A DNA stretch of 63,493 bases, the filler included, from Octopus bimaculoides (lineage: Eukaryota): NCBI RefSeq assembly GCF_001194135.2. It is 5 parts of 5 records of this genome, joined end to end, with 100 filler letters (N's around TTAATTAATTAA, not from the genome) between each part and the next. Parts side by side here need not be neighbours in the genome. Positions count along the whole stretch, not along the records: positions 31,023 to 52,156 come from NC_069001.1; 4 more parts are not named here. One strand, written 5' to 3'. Positions 38,698 to 50,759 of this stretch are shown piece after piece (the stretch's first letter is position 1; each line of letters opens with the position of its first letter). Under the pieces are notes generated by a model. The model ran no database searches and was not told where the DNA came from. It saw only the letters and a list, made by a program, of their open reading frames with translations. A program made the position numbers and the translations under genes.

Positions 38698-38899
38698 CTG
38701 TAACATAAATGACAAAATCATACATACATTCTTTCTTAATTTACTGGTTTTAGCCATTGAACTGTGATCATGCTAGGGTGCCACCTTTAGATATTTTTCA
38801 AATTCATTATATTAGCCTCAGTAAACTTCATCCCTGAAGTTTATGGAGGCTAATAAGAAAATATAATGTAACATTGAAGTAAAAAGAAATAATTCTGGT

Positions 38900-39330
38900 G
38901 GAATTAAAAATACGAGATATTTCTGATGGACGATAGAGGTTCTCAACCAAAGATCTTCAGATGTTGGGCCTCACAGAGAGGATGACAGAAGACTGTGACC
39001 CCTGGCAGTTTGCTGTGCTTGAGAAGACACATCAAGATAAGTAAATATGTGGTTGTCCTTGCACACAGGCATGTCCCCCTGCATCCCACTCCAGCTGAGC
39101 ATTCCTTGTGGGCTCATGATTGCTGGTGCCACATAAAAGCACTCATACCAGTGCTGCATAAAAGCACCTATGCTTGTGCTGTAAAAAAGCACCCAGTAAA
39201 CTCTGTAAAGTGGTTGGCATCCAGCTGTAGAAACCATGCTAAAATAGACATGCAGCTCTTCAGCTGGCCAGCTCCCATCAAACTGTTCAACCCATGTCAG
39301 TATGGAAACTGAATCTATGATGATGATGAT
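38900..39330 (+). mobile_element. RTE LINE 3' tail fragment
   Basis: TTTGCTGTGCTTGAGAAGAC...GGTGCCACATAAAAGCAC...GCATCCAGCTGTAGAAACCATGC, ending in (TGA)n; the same tail terminates the RTE copies at ~42620 and ~50760-51060 (-). Confidence 0.8.
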
Positions 39331-39479
39331 TATTATTATTTTATTCACACACACAAAATAAAGGTCAACAGTGCCTTTTAAGTTTCAAATTACTTGCCAT
39401 CATTAGAATGTGACAGTGTAGCTTTTCAAGTGTCACTCTTTTTTATGGGAGTAGGCTCATCTGATGTATATGCAAATTA

Positions 39480-39790
39480 GGTGTGACATAAATGAGTTTG
39501 AATTAATGTGACTGACATGACACTCAGAAAAAGTGGAAGAGTTCATCAAGTTCATGGAGGACACCCTTTCCATAGATCTCTGAGATGTAGAGGCATAGCT
39601 GAGATGGGATTCTCTCAGGAACTCCATCCATAGTACTGCATTGAAGGCTTTTAGTATGAAACAGTGCAAGACACAGGACTGGTTTGAGGTAAGTTCATGC
39701 AAGCTCACTGCTATCACTGAGGTAAAGTATGCTGCACCACATGAGCATAAACAGCAACCCACCCAGGCAAACCTGCAAGTATACAAGGAT
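39480..39790 (+). mobile_element. RTE/BovB-like LINE ORF fragment (endonuclease-RT linker)
   Basis: LRWDSLRNSIHSTALKAFSMKQCKTQDWFE...EVKYAAPHEHKQQPTQANLQ resembles the RTE linker motif W...R..I..TA...G......DWF. Confidence 0.55.
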
Positions 39791-39932
39791 GTTTATAAAT
39801 ATAGGTTGGGATTAGGTTATTAAGGGTTACTGTATTAGGTATTAAGCTATTTTAGCGTTCATACAAAAATGTTTATAAATATAGGAATGATAAGTTATAT
39901 TTGTATCTATACCCAACAAAAGATGCTCCTAC

Positions 39933-40053
39933 CTGATCTGATAAGATGCGAATTTCTTCCAGGATAGAATCCACTGGCCTACTCCGTTCTCGTCCCCGTG
40001 TAAAGGGCACAATGCAATAGGAACACATATTATCACAACCACGCATGATTGAC
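39933..40053 (-). CDS. CDK5RAP1: CDK5RAP1 exon with radical-SAM CxxxCxxC: [40 protein letters not shown]
   Basis: Read directly from the minus strand (not in the ORF track). TAG acceptor and GTAGGA donor; 121 nt, phase 2 to 0. Confidence 0.97.
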
Positions 40054-40737
40054 CTATCAATAACAAAAGTGTATTATCTTCAAACTGTAAACAATGATGG
40101 GATTTATTAAAATCATTTAAATAATATCTTCATTCAAAAGAGCTGATTTCTGAATAGAGAGAGGACCAAATAAACTGATAAAAGAAAAAAAAAAAAAAGT
40201 TCCCCTGAAGGGTCCTGGTGCCTGAAATATCAAGCTTCTATTTTTTTCTCACAAGCAAACTGTACAATTGGAGTAAACCAGTGATGGTCTCTACCAACAA
40301 AGAGTGAGTACACATAGTTAAAAAAATAGCAGACAACCAGGATTTCATCATTTTGCAATCTATTTCTATTCATTATTTGCCAATGTACATCATCATGATT
40401 CGATAATTTCAAATTAAGATACCAGATGAGCAGACAAGAGTTCGTTTCCTTCCAGTGACACTATGTTGTATCTCTGGGCCAAGATACTCAACTTTCAATT
40501 GCCAAAGATGTTTATTTTTAAGGTATTTTATATCACAATTGGTGCACAGTATCATTATTGATTACAGGTTTCTGACAGATCAATCATTACACCTTTGCAT
40601 ATACAATGGTGTGACCAGCAAGGGAGTTATCAGTAACCTAGTGCACACAAGTGCATCAGATTTTTTTGTGGGTTCTCACATTAATGTTCACATCCATAAC
40701 TGATTATAAACCAGTGAAAGAGGTATACACATGCTAC

Positions 40738-40786
<49 letters not shown>

Positions 40787-42175
40787 NNNNNNNNNNNNNN
40801 NNNNNNNNNNNNNNNNNNNNNNNNNNNNNNNNNNNNNNNNNNNNNNNNNNNNNNNNNNNNNNNNNNNNNNNNNNNNNNNNNNNNNNNNNNNNNNNNNNNN
40901 NNNNNNNNNNTGAAAATACAATAGTTGACATCTGAGACACTCAACACATGGCCTATGCCAAGCTGATTTATGTCTTTTACACTTAACCCTTTTGACCCCT
41001 TCTAAGCCAACAAGAGCTGAAACTAGTTAAAGTTACCTACAGCAGTTTCTCATTGTTCTTGGTGATAAGTCTCTCTATCTATTCTACAATAATTATAAAT
41101 AATAAAATTCCATAAGCCAAAGGCAGTTCTGTGAAAGAAGTTGACGAGATAAAATGACTACGATCAGAAGATGTCTATGATACTTTCACTAGCTCACTTT
41201 AGAATGACAAGTGTCATTCTGTCTTTCTCCACTGCTGCTGAAATGACAGGCAGAATGAAGTATCATTCCGTCTTCCTTCCTTCCTTCTATCTACTTACTG
41301 TTACTACCAACAGAAAACAACACCAGAAGGTAGAAAAAGTGACCTCCCTTTTGTTTTGATTGATTTTGAGGATTCACAATAAACCAAGGAAATTGACGAC
41401 TTCTCTCCAAACACTGGATATTTAATCAACAAGGACTGATTTGAACTCTGATGTGTTGTGACAGCTTTGTGCTGTGAACTCTAGAGTGTTATAACAGCCT
41501 TTGCACTGTCAGTGCTAGTATAGTCTACTATGTTGTCAAACAGTATAACCAAGATATTACCTCACCTTTCCACTTGCGGTTTACCTTACATTGAAATGTT
41601 ACCAAAAGATTTTTATATATGTGTCATCTTCATAGAGGAAACAGCAGTCACATTTTTAAAAGATTACAATCTGCTGGATACGCAACAAGAAGCAGATCCC
41701 TGCCATTGATGTGGTGCTGTCATGCAGGAAAAATGAAAGTGTGACAGAGGTGGACAATTCAGGCTTGTACTTTGTTGTCCTCAAAAGGGGTGTCAAACTT
41801 CACATTCAGTTTGTAAAGGAAACCAATTTTTCCATAATACAGACATTAACAACAAATTAAACTGCAAACTGAGCCTGAGTGAGGTTTTAGAACTAATATT
41901 TTTCTTTGTCATGGCTATACCCATCACCACAGCAGTGACTCTAACAGTTCTTTATCATATGAGATAATATAAGATTCAATTTTTCTTATTTGTGTAATTC
42001 CTTTATAATGTATGAAGTGTTTTATCTCTGAAATATCTGAAAGATAAGATAGATAACCCTATTTGACACTGTCATAGACTGCATACTATACTAGCACTGC
42101 ACTTTCATGTGAGTTTTTGCAATATTTCTTTCTGAATACATATGGACTTGTTTGTTATATTTGCTGTTTTTCCTT

Positions 42176-42213
42176 TTTTGTAACCATAACAATATATTGT
42201 TATGGTTACAAAA
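42176..42213. repeat. Perfect 38-bp palindrome
   Basis: TTTTGTAACCATAACAATA|TATTGTTATGGTTACAAAA with no spacer. Confidence 0.95.
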
Positions 42214-42224
42214 TGTCCTGACAT

Positions 42225-42429
42225 ACCTACCTTAGCCTCCTGAGCCACTCTTATACCTCCTGCTATCACTTGCTACAGTCACCTCTGCCTCATCTCTAAC
42301 TATCTCCCCTCACACTCTTATGAAGGTAGATGTTTCATAAGAGTGTGAGAGGAGATAGAGATGAAGCAGAGGTGACTGTAGCAAGTGATAGCAGGAGGTA
42401 TAAGAGTGGCTCAGGGGGCTCAGGTAGGT
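42225..42429. repeat. ~100-bp-arm inverted repeat with a 9-nt spacer
   Basis: Arm 42225-42324 and arm 42334-42429; a few substitutions and one small indel. Confidence 0.95.
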
Positions 42430-42619
42430 GTGCCAGGACATTGAGAGTGATTATATGCAGGTAGGTACATGAGGGAGAGTGGAAGGCATGCAGCGAGTAG
42501 TGATCGTGGGTGAGAGAAGGCAGATGATGGGAAGATGGGTTGTAGAGAGTTCTGACACAGGGAGACAGAGATTGTGTGTATTTGAGTGGGTGGGGGCATA
42601 GATGTAAAGGACATGCCTG

Positions 42620-44150
42620 TATGGCCATGATTTTATTTAGCTGGGCGTCTTCTTAAGCACAGTAAATTACCAGATGTCTCAGTCATTTGTCATCTCAGTG
42701 AGGCTCAACATCTGAAGATCATCTCTCACTACTTCATCCCAAGTCTTCCTCTTCAACAGGTTCCCTCTACAATCAGTGATCAGCACTTCTTTATGCAGCT
42801 ATCCTCATCCATAAGCTTTACCTGACCATACCAGATGCCTCTTACATGCATTTTTTTTTTCATAAGACATTTATGCTTTATCATACATGCACACTGACAT
42901 CCAGGAGAGCATGCTGGTTTCATTTCTTTCAAGCTTTCAAATGTCCTCTGTTGTCATAGCCCATTTTTTCACTGCCATGTAGCATAGCTGTCCATACAAT
43001 CATGCAATCTGCTTTTCACTCAGAGGGAGAGGCCCTTTATTACCAACAAAGGTAGCAGCTCTCTGAACTTTGTACAGATGGTTCTTATTTTAGCAACTAT
43101 GCCTTCAGAGCTTCCTCCACCACTTTGTTGCCTAAATAACAAAGAACTATCTACTACTTCTAAGGGAGTCTATTTTCCATACATTTCTAGTGATTGTTGT
43201 ACCTGCATATCTGCATACATAAAGACTACTTTTTCAGTTAACCTTCCTGTGATAGCACTGCACCTCTCATGGCTCCATATCTTGCATTGGATATACTGTA
43301 TGGAGTTTCTACCAACAACTTTCCTACATATCAAGCAGCCCTATCTCCTTGAAAGGATCAGTGATTTGTTTGTTTTCCTACTTACTATGACTTTGGTCTT
43401 CACTAAATTAATTCTAAGGCCCTTTAATTTCAGACCTCCCTTCATCCCCTGAAATTTCTTATCTAATTCTAGTAGAGATTCAACAATACGAACAAGGTCA
43501 TCAGCATGAAGGAGCTTCAAGGGCAGCCAATCTTGAATTCTTCTGTCATGGCCTGGAAGATTACGATGAACAAGAGAAGGTTGAGAGCCAATCCTTGGTG
43601 AACTCCTACTAACACACTAAACTCATTGCTGACTTTCACTTGTACATAGCTTGGACAGTTCTCATCTACCCCTACCTTCTGTATTGACCACCAAATGATG
43701 GAAGGAGGAGCCCTGTGAAAGGCTTTCTCCATGTCAACTGATACCAAATACAGAGATTTATTTATTACTAAATGCTTCTACTGCAGTTGCCTTACAAAGA
43801 AGATAATATCAGAAGTGCTTTTTCTTGGCACAAAACCAAATTGCATCTCATACAGATTAATGTTCTTAATTAGTTAATAGTTTCAGTAACTTTCATGACC
43901 TGTTTCATCAATTTGATACCTCAGTTATTATTTCTGTCTAAGACATCATCTTTAACTTTGTAGCAGTTGACTATAATGCTGCTACACCAGTCATTGGCTA
44001 TGACCCATTCTTGGACAACCTGATTAACTGTACGGTTGACTAGGCCATGTACCACTCTGCCAGATATTTTAAGCATTTCAGCAGAGATTCTTGATGAACC
44101 AGGCACTTTCCCTGTCTCTATATCTTCAATTGCTTTTAAACTTAAAAACA
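42620..44150 (-). mobile_element. RTE LINE (RT domain through 3' tail), decayed
   Basis: KAIEDIETGKVPGSSRISAEMLK; SIIVNCYK; VDMEKAFHR; VGVHQG..L..LLF; LLHADDLV. Confidence 0.9.
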
Positions 44151-44391
44151 ATTTTATTTTAAAACAACTTCCAATGCAAAGTACAACAGTAATTTTGATC
44201 TCCAGTTCAATACAAAATGTTTGAAAACCACTGCTGTGGTCAATATTCTTACAATATCCTTACAATCAAAACAACTAAATAAAAGACAAGGTCTATGTCA
44301 GAAAAAGTAATACAGTGAAGTTTGTAGACATCAAAAGGAACACTGTTAATCAAAGAAGATATATTACTTTAAATAAAAACATTAAACTCAC

Positions 44392-44473
44392 ACAAAAGCA
44401 GATTTACTGGTGTTATTAATATGAACTGGCATGATATCAGCATAAGTTTCTTCCAAAGACAATAGAACATTCA
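44392..44473 (-). CDS. CDK5RAP1: CDK5RAP1 exon: (V)NVLLSLEETYADIMPVHINNTSKSAF(V)
   Basis: Matches recalled human NVLLSLDETYADVMPV..SAFV. TAG acceptor and GTGAGT donor; 82 nt, phase 1 to 2. Confidence 0.95.
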
Positions 44474-45356
44474 CTAAAAATAAAACAGAAAATTAAATCA
44501 AATTTTCAGTTTCCCAAATGCTACAAAATCAATTTTGGTTTCTTTAATCATTAAATTTCAAGCATTGGCACAAGGTGATGAATTTTTGGAGGCTATAACA
44601 GTGAAATGCATTGATCCTAGAGTATGCTACTGGTACTTATTTTATGGACTTCAACATTTAGTTTATTACTACCTGGTTTTTGTCAGTTTAGTGTCATAAT
44701 AATTAATAGTAGTTTCTAATATACATACAATGCCTATGTTATTTGGGGACATTTGTCTAAAATACAATGTCTCTACCAATAGGGTATGCAGTTGCTGATG
44801 AGATCCCACCACAAGTGTGGAACTAATCTGGATAACATTGTTATTTCCTGCCCAATAAGCTGTTTACATCTATCTATACATATGGTGTTCACTGGAAATC
44901 TACAGACATATTCTATCGTATGGTTTAGCTTTGAAACAAAACACTTATCAAGCAGTAATTTACCAGATAATACTGGTGTGGGTGTGTGTGTGTGTGTGTT
45001 CACTTTTCCATGCTTACATAGGTCTGACAGAATCTGTTGAAGTAGATTTTCTACAGCCAGATGTCATTTTCCTACCCCAACCCTTATGTTTCTAAACAAG
45101 GTAATATTTCCTAAAAGCTGAATATGTTTTCATAGAAGATTAGAATCAAATGATACTGGTTGTATGACATAGACATTTGTTTACAACTATCACACAATGT
45201 CAAGACAAAAAGATACACCCCTTCCATCACCATGCATATATATTTAGCAAGTGTCTTCTGCTATAGCCTCAGGTCAGCAAGAGATGTAGTAGTGGACTTA
45301 GTAGATGGAAAGTGAAAGAAGCCCATCGAAGAATAATTGATAGCAGTCTTACTTAC

Positions 45357-45485
45357 CTGCAGTCTGCCCTTCATGGGAAACAGCCAAAAGGTGAGGGAGA
45401 TCTCGATATGCATCAGGACCACAAACAATATCAACTGCCTTGCTTTGTTCCAGGATCTTGGTTTTCAGCCGCTCTGCCATACATC
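45357..45485 (-). CDS. CDK5RAP1: CDK5RAP1 exon: (G)[42 protein letters not shown]
   Basis: MiaB motifs GCMAERLK and [12 protein letters not shown] acceptor and GTAAGT donor; 129 nt, phase 1 to 1. Confidence 0.97.
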
Positions 45486-46102
45486 CTATAACATAGAACC
45501 TTGCATTGAAATGCTGAGTTAAATCTCATTATCTTACCATCATCAAACATTAATATTAATATGATACCATCCACTAACTTTCTGTATCAAAACCACTAGT
45601 AAACAGTTTTTACCATTTATGTCTTACTGATGTCATCACAACATATTTCTATTTTATCTACAATCATCTCCCATTACAAAGTCGCACCATTAAGTACTGT
45701 CTTTACTTTACACTTACCATTCAAGCTCATATCATACTCTACTTCTCCTCTAGAGTCTACACCACTGATTTAGCTATCACTTGTAAGTATGACATGACCA
45801 TGCCACCATGACCTATCTTTGTTGTAGTTACTATCTGTTAGCATCATATCTACGTAGCAACATAACCTACATCAACTTTAGCTACCACTCATTATCATCA
45901 CAAGTCATGACAACCCTATTCTAGCTACTGTTGACTACATCACATATTCATACCACCATAACCTACTTCTATTCTAGCTACTATGCACATAGCTATACCC
46001 TCATGATCTGTTTTTACCTCTATTAGCTACCATCATGTGCCCATATGTCCATGACCTTCATCCCTATTTAAACATTAAACTCATAATTTGTAAGAAACTA
46101 TA

Positions 46103-47402
46103 TACAAAGGGAAATAAAAAATTATCCATACTTTCACCAAAACTTTCTTAAAGTTGGCTGCACTGCCTCCTTCAGTGCTTATGTGCTAAAAAGTGGTACT
46201 TTTGTGACTATGTAATTGAGGTTTGACCTTGATTGCTCCAGTTTCTTTTCTTTGTGTTACACTGTAAATGTAGTTGCTCTGCTGACAGTGTGCACCAAGG
46301 AAGAACAGAGATCAGCGATCTAATTTTTCTGGTCTGAAGGTGTGTCAGGGACTGAAATTGATTGCAGGCTTTCAGTTCAATATGGGGAGTGCTCTACTGT
46401 ATAGCAGTGTGTATGAGTGGATCAAGAAGTTTTAAAATGGACAGACAAATGTGAAGCACAAAAAAGGGAGAAGGGCACCCATGAACATCCACCACTGACG
46501 TGAAGATTCAGCAAGCTTAAGAGAAGGTTCTGCTAGATCGACAAATGACCATCAATGAGATAGTATGTTCACTGCAAATTAGTCATGGTCTTGTATACAA
46601 AATCATTCACAAGCTTCACTTTCATGAAGTCTGTGAGAGACAGGTACCAAAAGAGCTTACTGAAGTGCATGAATACAATTGCATGGAAATCTGTCAATAC
46701 CTATTTGACCACTACAATGATGAAAACAAAGCTTTTTGGGAGAGAATTGTTTTAGGAGTTGAGACCTAGGTCCATCACTGAGCCAGAATCCAAAAGGGAG
46801 AGTATGAAGTGGAAACACTTGGAATTGCCAGCAAAAAAGAAATTCAAGACTAAACTTCTGCAGAAAAAGTGATGCTAACCGTTTTGTGGGGTGCAAAGGA
46901 CCTATACTGGACCATTATCTGGAAAAGGAGTCTACAGTCACCAATGTAGGCTACAATGAAATGCTGGTCAACAAACTCAAACCAGAAATTCACACCAAAC
47001 AATGAGGTTTATTGTCAAAGCAAGTGTTGTGGCTGCACAACAACGCATGTCCACATACAGCCACTGACTGTTGAAATCATTGGAAAACTGAGTTACTGAA
47101 ACATCCTTCATACAGTCCAGATCCCACCCCATTTGACTATCACCTCTTTGGACTGCTCAGACATCCTTTACAAGGTTGTTGATTTGCTATGGACAAAGAA
47201 ACACAGGAAGTGGTGCATAAATGGCTGCATGACCAGCCATAAACTTTCTCCGATGGAATAAGCAAGCTTGTTGGACCACTGGAAGAAGTCTGTCGAAAAG
47301 CAAGGAGACTATGTTGAAAAATTATGTATTTGTTCAACCCCAGCTTTTGTTTTAATGAATTACAGAAACAAGAGTGCATATAATTTTCAACTTACCCTCA
47401 TA
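46103..47402 (+). mobile_element. Mariner transposon, near full length (~1.3 kb), decayed
   Basis: VCTKEEQRSAI*FFWSEG; HPSYSPDPTPFDYHLFG; EKQGDYVEK*. The ends are weakly inverted (TACAAAGGGAAATAAAAAATTATCCATACT versus AGTGCATATAATTTTCAACTTACCCTCATA). Confidence 0.85.
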
Positions 47403-47525
47403 ATTTATTCTCACAGTTCAATATCTTGAGCAACAATTCAAACTTTCCGTCTTACATAGTCACATTATATCAAATATTTTCAAAATTCACTTACAGTGGA
47501 TAAAATTTTTTTTTTTGCAACATAC

Positions 47526-47655
47526 CTAAAATTCCAATTTTCATAGAATTTTTTTTTCTTTTCTTCTTTAAGAAGTTCAAGTATTCTAGACGTTTCCATA
47601 TCTTAGTTTCAGCTCCCTCTCGAATAGAACAGGTCATCAGGAATGCTACATCACA
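47526..47655 (-). CDS. CDK5RAP1: CDK5RAP1 exon: CDVAFLMTCSIREGAETKIWKRLEYLNFLKKKRKKNSMKIGIL(G)
   Basis: UPF0004 N-terminal domain motif TCSIRE.AE. CAG acceptor and GTATGT donor; 130 nt, phase 0 to 1. Confidence 0.96.
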
Positions 47656-47697
47656 CTGATGGCAAAAATAGATACAGAAAATAAATATAAATACATA

Positions 47698-48578
47698 TGA
47701 GGTGGTATCAAAAAATTCCCAGACTAGTTTTGCAGCATGCCAACAGATGGCAGCACATAGTTGCATGCACAGTGACCTTCATGAGGCAGTGTGCCAAGTG
47801 ACATTGCTGTGTTTATTTTGCAAGTTGTGAAATTTGTGCTTTTGTGATCATGTGTATGCTGTTATTTGTGATTTTTGTCATGGACAGGAAGTTGGAATAA
47901 AGAGCCAACATGAAATTTTGTGTTAAACTTGGAAAGTCAGCTACAGAGACATTGAGCATGCTTTGGTAAGCTTACAACAATGAGGAAATGGATTGTGTGA
48001 AATGTTTTGAGTGGCACAGGTGCACAACAGAGCTGCAGCTCAATCAAGAGCATGCTCATCATATTTTTCAATATCCACTGTATTGTGCATTGAGAATTTG
48101 TACCCCAGGGCCAGACCATCAATCAAGAGTTCAACTGCAGTGTTTTGAAGCAGGGCATTCAGTGAAAGTGACCAAATCTGTGGAGCGTGAAGAATCCAAT
48201 TCTTCACGATGACAATGCACCCTGTCACCAAGCTCTCCTCCCTCGTGAGTTTCTTGCCAAAAACAACATGGTATCACTTCCGCACCCACCTTATTCCCCA
48301 GATTTAGCACCTGCAGACTTCTATCTTTTCCCCAAGATGAAAATGCAGCTCAAAGGTCACCGTTTTAACACCATTGTCAAGATCAAGAGCATATTGTAGC
48401 AGGTCCTCACCTTGCTAACAAAAAATGACTCTCAGGCCAGATTTCAAACGTAACAGGAATGCTGGGACAGGTGTATTGCTGTGCAAGGTGACTATTTTGA
48501 AGGAGATGGTGTTAAAACTTAGATAAATAAGTTATCTTTTATTAAATATAACTAGTCCGGGAACTTTTTGATACTACC
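47698..48578 (+). mobile_element. Internally deleted mariner (DD34D) with both TIRs
   Basis: TIRs GGTGGTATCAAAAAATTCCCAGACTAGTT and AACTAGTCCGGGAACTTTTTGATACTACC. N-terminal RANMKFCVKLGKSATET; catalytic LHDDNAPCH...HPPYSPDLAPADFYLFPKMK. Confidence 0.92.
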
Positions 48579-48775
48579 AAGGAAGAGTGTGAGATGTGTA
48601 TGTTTGTGTGCCTCTGTGTGTGTGTGTGTGCTAGTGCATGAGTACCATAAGGATTACCAACCTTAAGGATCCATAAAACTAATTTCATTTTGAGAAGGAG
48701 TCATAAAGCATTATAGATTGATTATTTATTTATCCAGGGATCATCACAATGTTTCTAATACCAATCAGTGATTAA

Positions 48776-48996
48776 CCCTTTAGCATTTAATCTGTCCATA
48801 TCTGGCCCAAATATTCAATCTGTATTATGTTAAAAACTGACCAGATCCAATCTCTCACACTTACCCTACAATGTTATTCTAAAAACATACAAATGTACTA
48901 CTGAAATTTTGAAGCTACAGGATATTGTGTAATTAATTCAAAACAACGTAAATAAATAAGTAATACGTTTGACAAAGAAATCTGAATGTTAAAGGG
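48776..48996. mobile_element. piggyBac-type MITE (221 bp)
   Basis: TTAA|CCCTTTAGCATT ... AATGTTAAAGGG|TTGT: inverted CCC termini, with TTAA target intact on the left and decayed on the right. Confidence 0.75.
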
Positions 48997-49429
48997 TTGT
49001 AGGAGCACTATTTCCTCTTGGTGGAACTGTTATCCATCTCTGCATGATTTGGTAGTGTAGTCAACCTCGCGCACAGATACACATTGCTGCCTATTACAAA
49101 GTCGCAGAAAATTTTAATCAGTCCTAGCCAAGCCTCCAAGAAAGTCAAACATAATTTGTCATGTTACTGTCAGAGCTCAACTCCTCCATGTGGGCAATAT
49201 TGAAGAAAGAAACACTCTAAAACTAAGTAACTATTTATGGACTGTTTGAATATTTATCCTGCTCACATTTTACAATATACAGTAACAGTAAGTGATAAAA
49301 GAATCGCTAAATTCCTTAGTAAAACTTTTAAGCTTAGAGAAGTAACTCTTGTTCACCTATTTCAGTAATAATATGGCACTGAAACCTCTTGTGGTTGCTT
49401 TACCTGCTAAAAATAGCAACCCAAATGCT

Positions 49430-49596
49430 TTTAAATCAGATCCCAAGGCTGGATGTTCAAGAACCCCCCAAAAAAGGCAGATTTTCAATCCTGGGATCAT
49501 GTTGATTCCAAAAAGGTATAATATGTCTATGCAGAGCAAATGTAGACTGAGATACAGACACAATGGACAGACACAATTTCACTTTTATTATATAGA
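49430..49596 (-). mobile_element. Possible Helitron-type non-autonomous 5' terminus
   Basis: Minus strand A|TCTATATAATAAAAGTGAAATTGTGTCTGTCC resembles Helitron 5' ends; no 3' hairpin or CTAG was found. Confidence 0.35.
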
Positions 49597-49770
49597 TATT
49601 TACAAAATTGATATCAACATAAAATTTCAATCAGTTTAATATTCAATAACTATCAAGAGTCTTTTTCATGAAATTTGTGTGATTTAAGCTTAAACAGACA
49701 ATAATTTATGTACGGATGCATTTTTAGATGCCATTAAAAGAGAGAAGAAAAAAAAAAAGATTAGACTTAC

Positions 49771-49874
49771 ATCTTTGATATCAAGACTTCTTTCAAAATC
49801 CTCCTTCTTCAATATTGACCAGACAATTTCTGTATCATTAACATTCATCTGACAACCATAGGTTTCAAGATAAA
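49771..49874 (-). CDS. CDK5RAP1: CDK5RAP1 exon: (V)YLETYGCQMNVNDTEIVWSILKKEDFERSLDIKD
   Basis: MiaB N-terminal motif ETYGCQMN. CAG acceptor and GTAAGT donor; 104 nt, phase 1 to 0. Confidence 0.97.
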
Positions 49875-50466
49875 CTGCAAGGACAAAATCAAAACTAAGA
49901 GAGTTAATACATCATAGGAATATACTATAGATGCGCACACACAAACATTTAAATTATCATTTTCAATTTATGTCTAATTTCATTGCTGGCCTAGGTTGGA
50001 TGGGTCGTCACCAGTCTGAGTTGGTTCATATATGGAATTATTAGCCTCTTTCCCTCTAGATGGATTCAAGAACCCTTATCACCATTTTTGGTAAGGTTTC
50101 TGTGGCTGCATACCCTTCTTATCTCTACTTTACAAAGTGTACTAGGAGTAATATTCTGTTGTATTGTGGCATAATACTCAAGAGGTTGTCACATTCTCAA
50201 CCAGACTAAAGGGTCCTTTTGATTCTGTTATCTCCAATTATTCACCAAACAACTTGCGAAATGTACTCTGTAGATTTTGTTGTGGCACAAGCATGAATGA
50301 GATTGCCCTATGCCTCACAAAGCCTAGAAGTTCTCATTATTCTACTTTGTTTCCATTTGTCCAGCAGAACAAACAAGTGATGACAGAAGGGCCAGCTTGA
50401 ATGCATAAAAGGAGTAAAAGTATGATAGGAGAAAGAGTGATTGGATGAGATGATAGTAGAAGTAAT

Positions 50467-50504
<38 letters not shown>

Positions 50505-50759
50505 AAGAGCAATAGAGAGTAATGGATGTCAAAATGATTGACTTAAAGGAGAGTGAGTGAAGGCTGGTAGCATAGAAAAGATGATGATAGTGTGTAGGAG
50601 ATATGAACAGATCTGATGTTATCTTTCATACATAGGTATGTTGAAGGGAGTGGGAGGTAGAGTGATTTACAATAGGGACAGAATAAACACTGGTTCAATA
50701 GCATAGGGAGTGAGTAGAAAAGTGTAAGAGAACAACGATAGAATTAGACAGATTTAATG

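Noticed and set aside
50164-50400. Candidate upstream CDK5RAP1 exon
   Set aside because: Minus-strand frames contain stops, and I found no phase-1 donor or similarity to the N-terminus.
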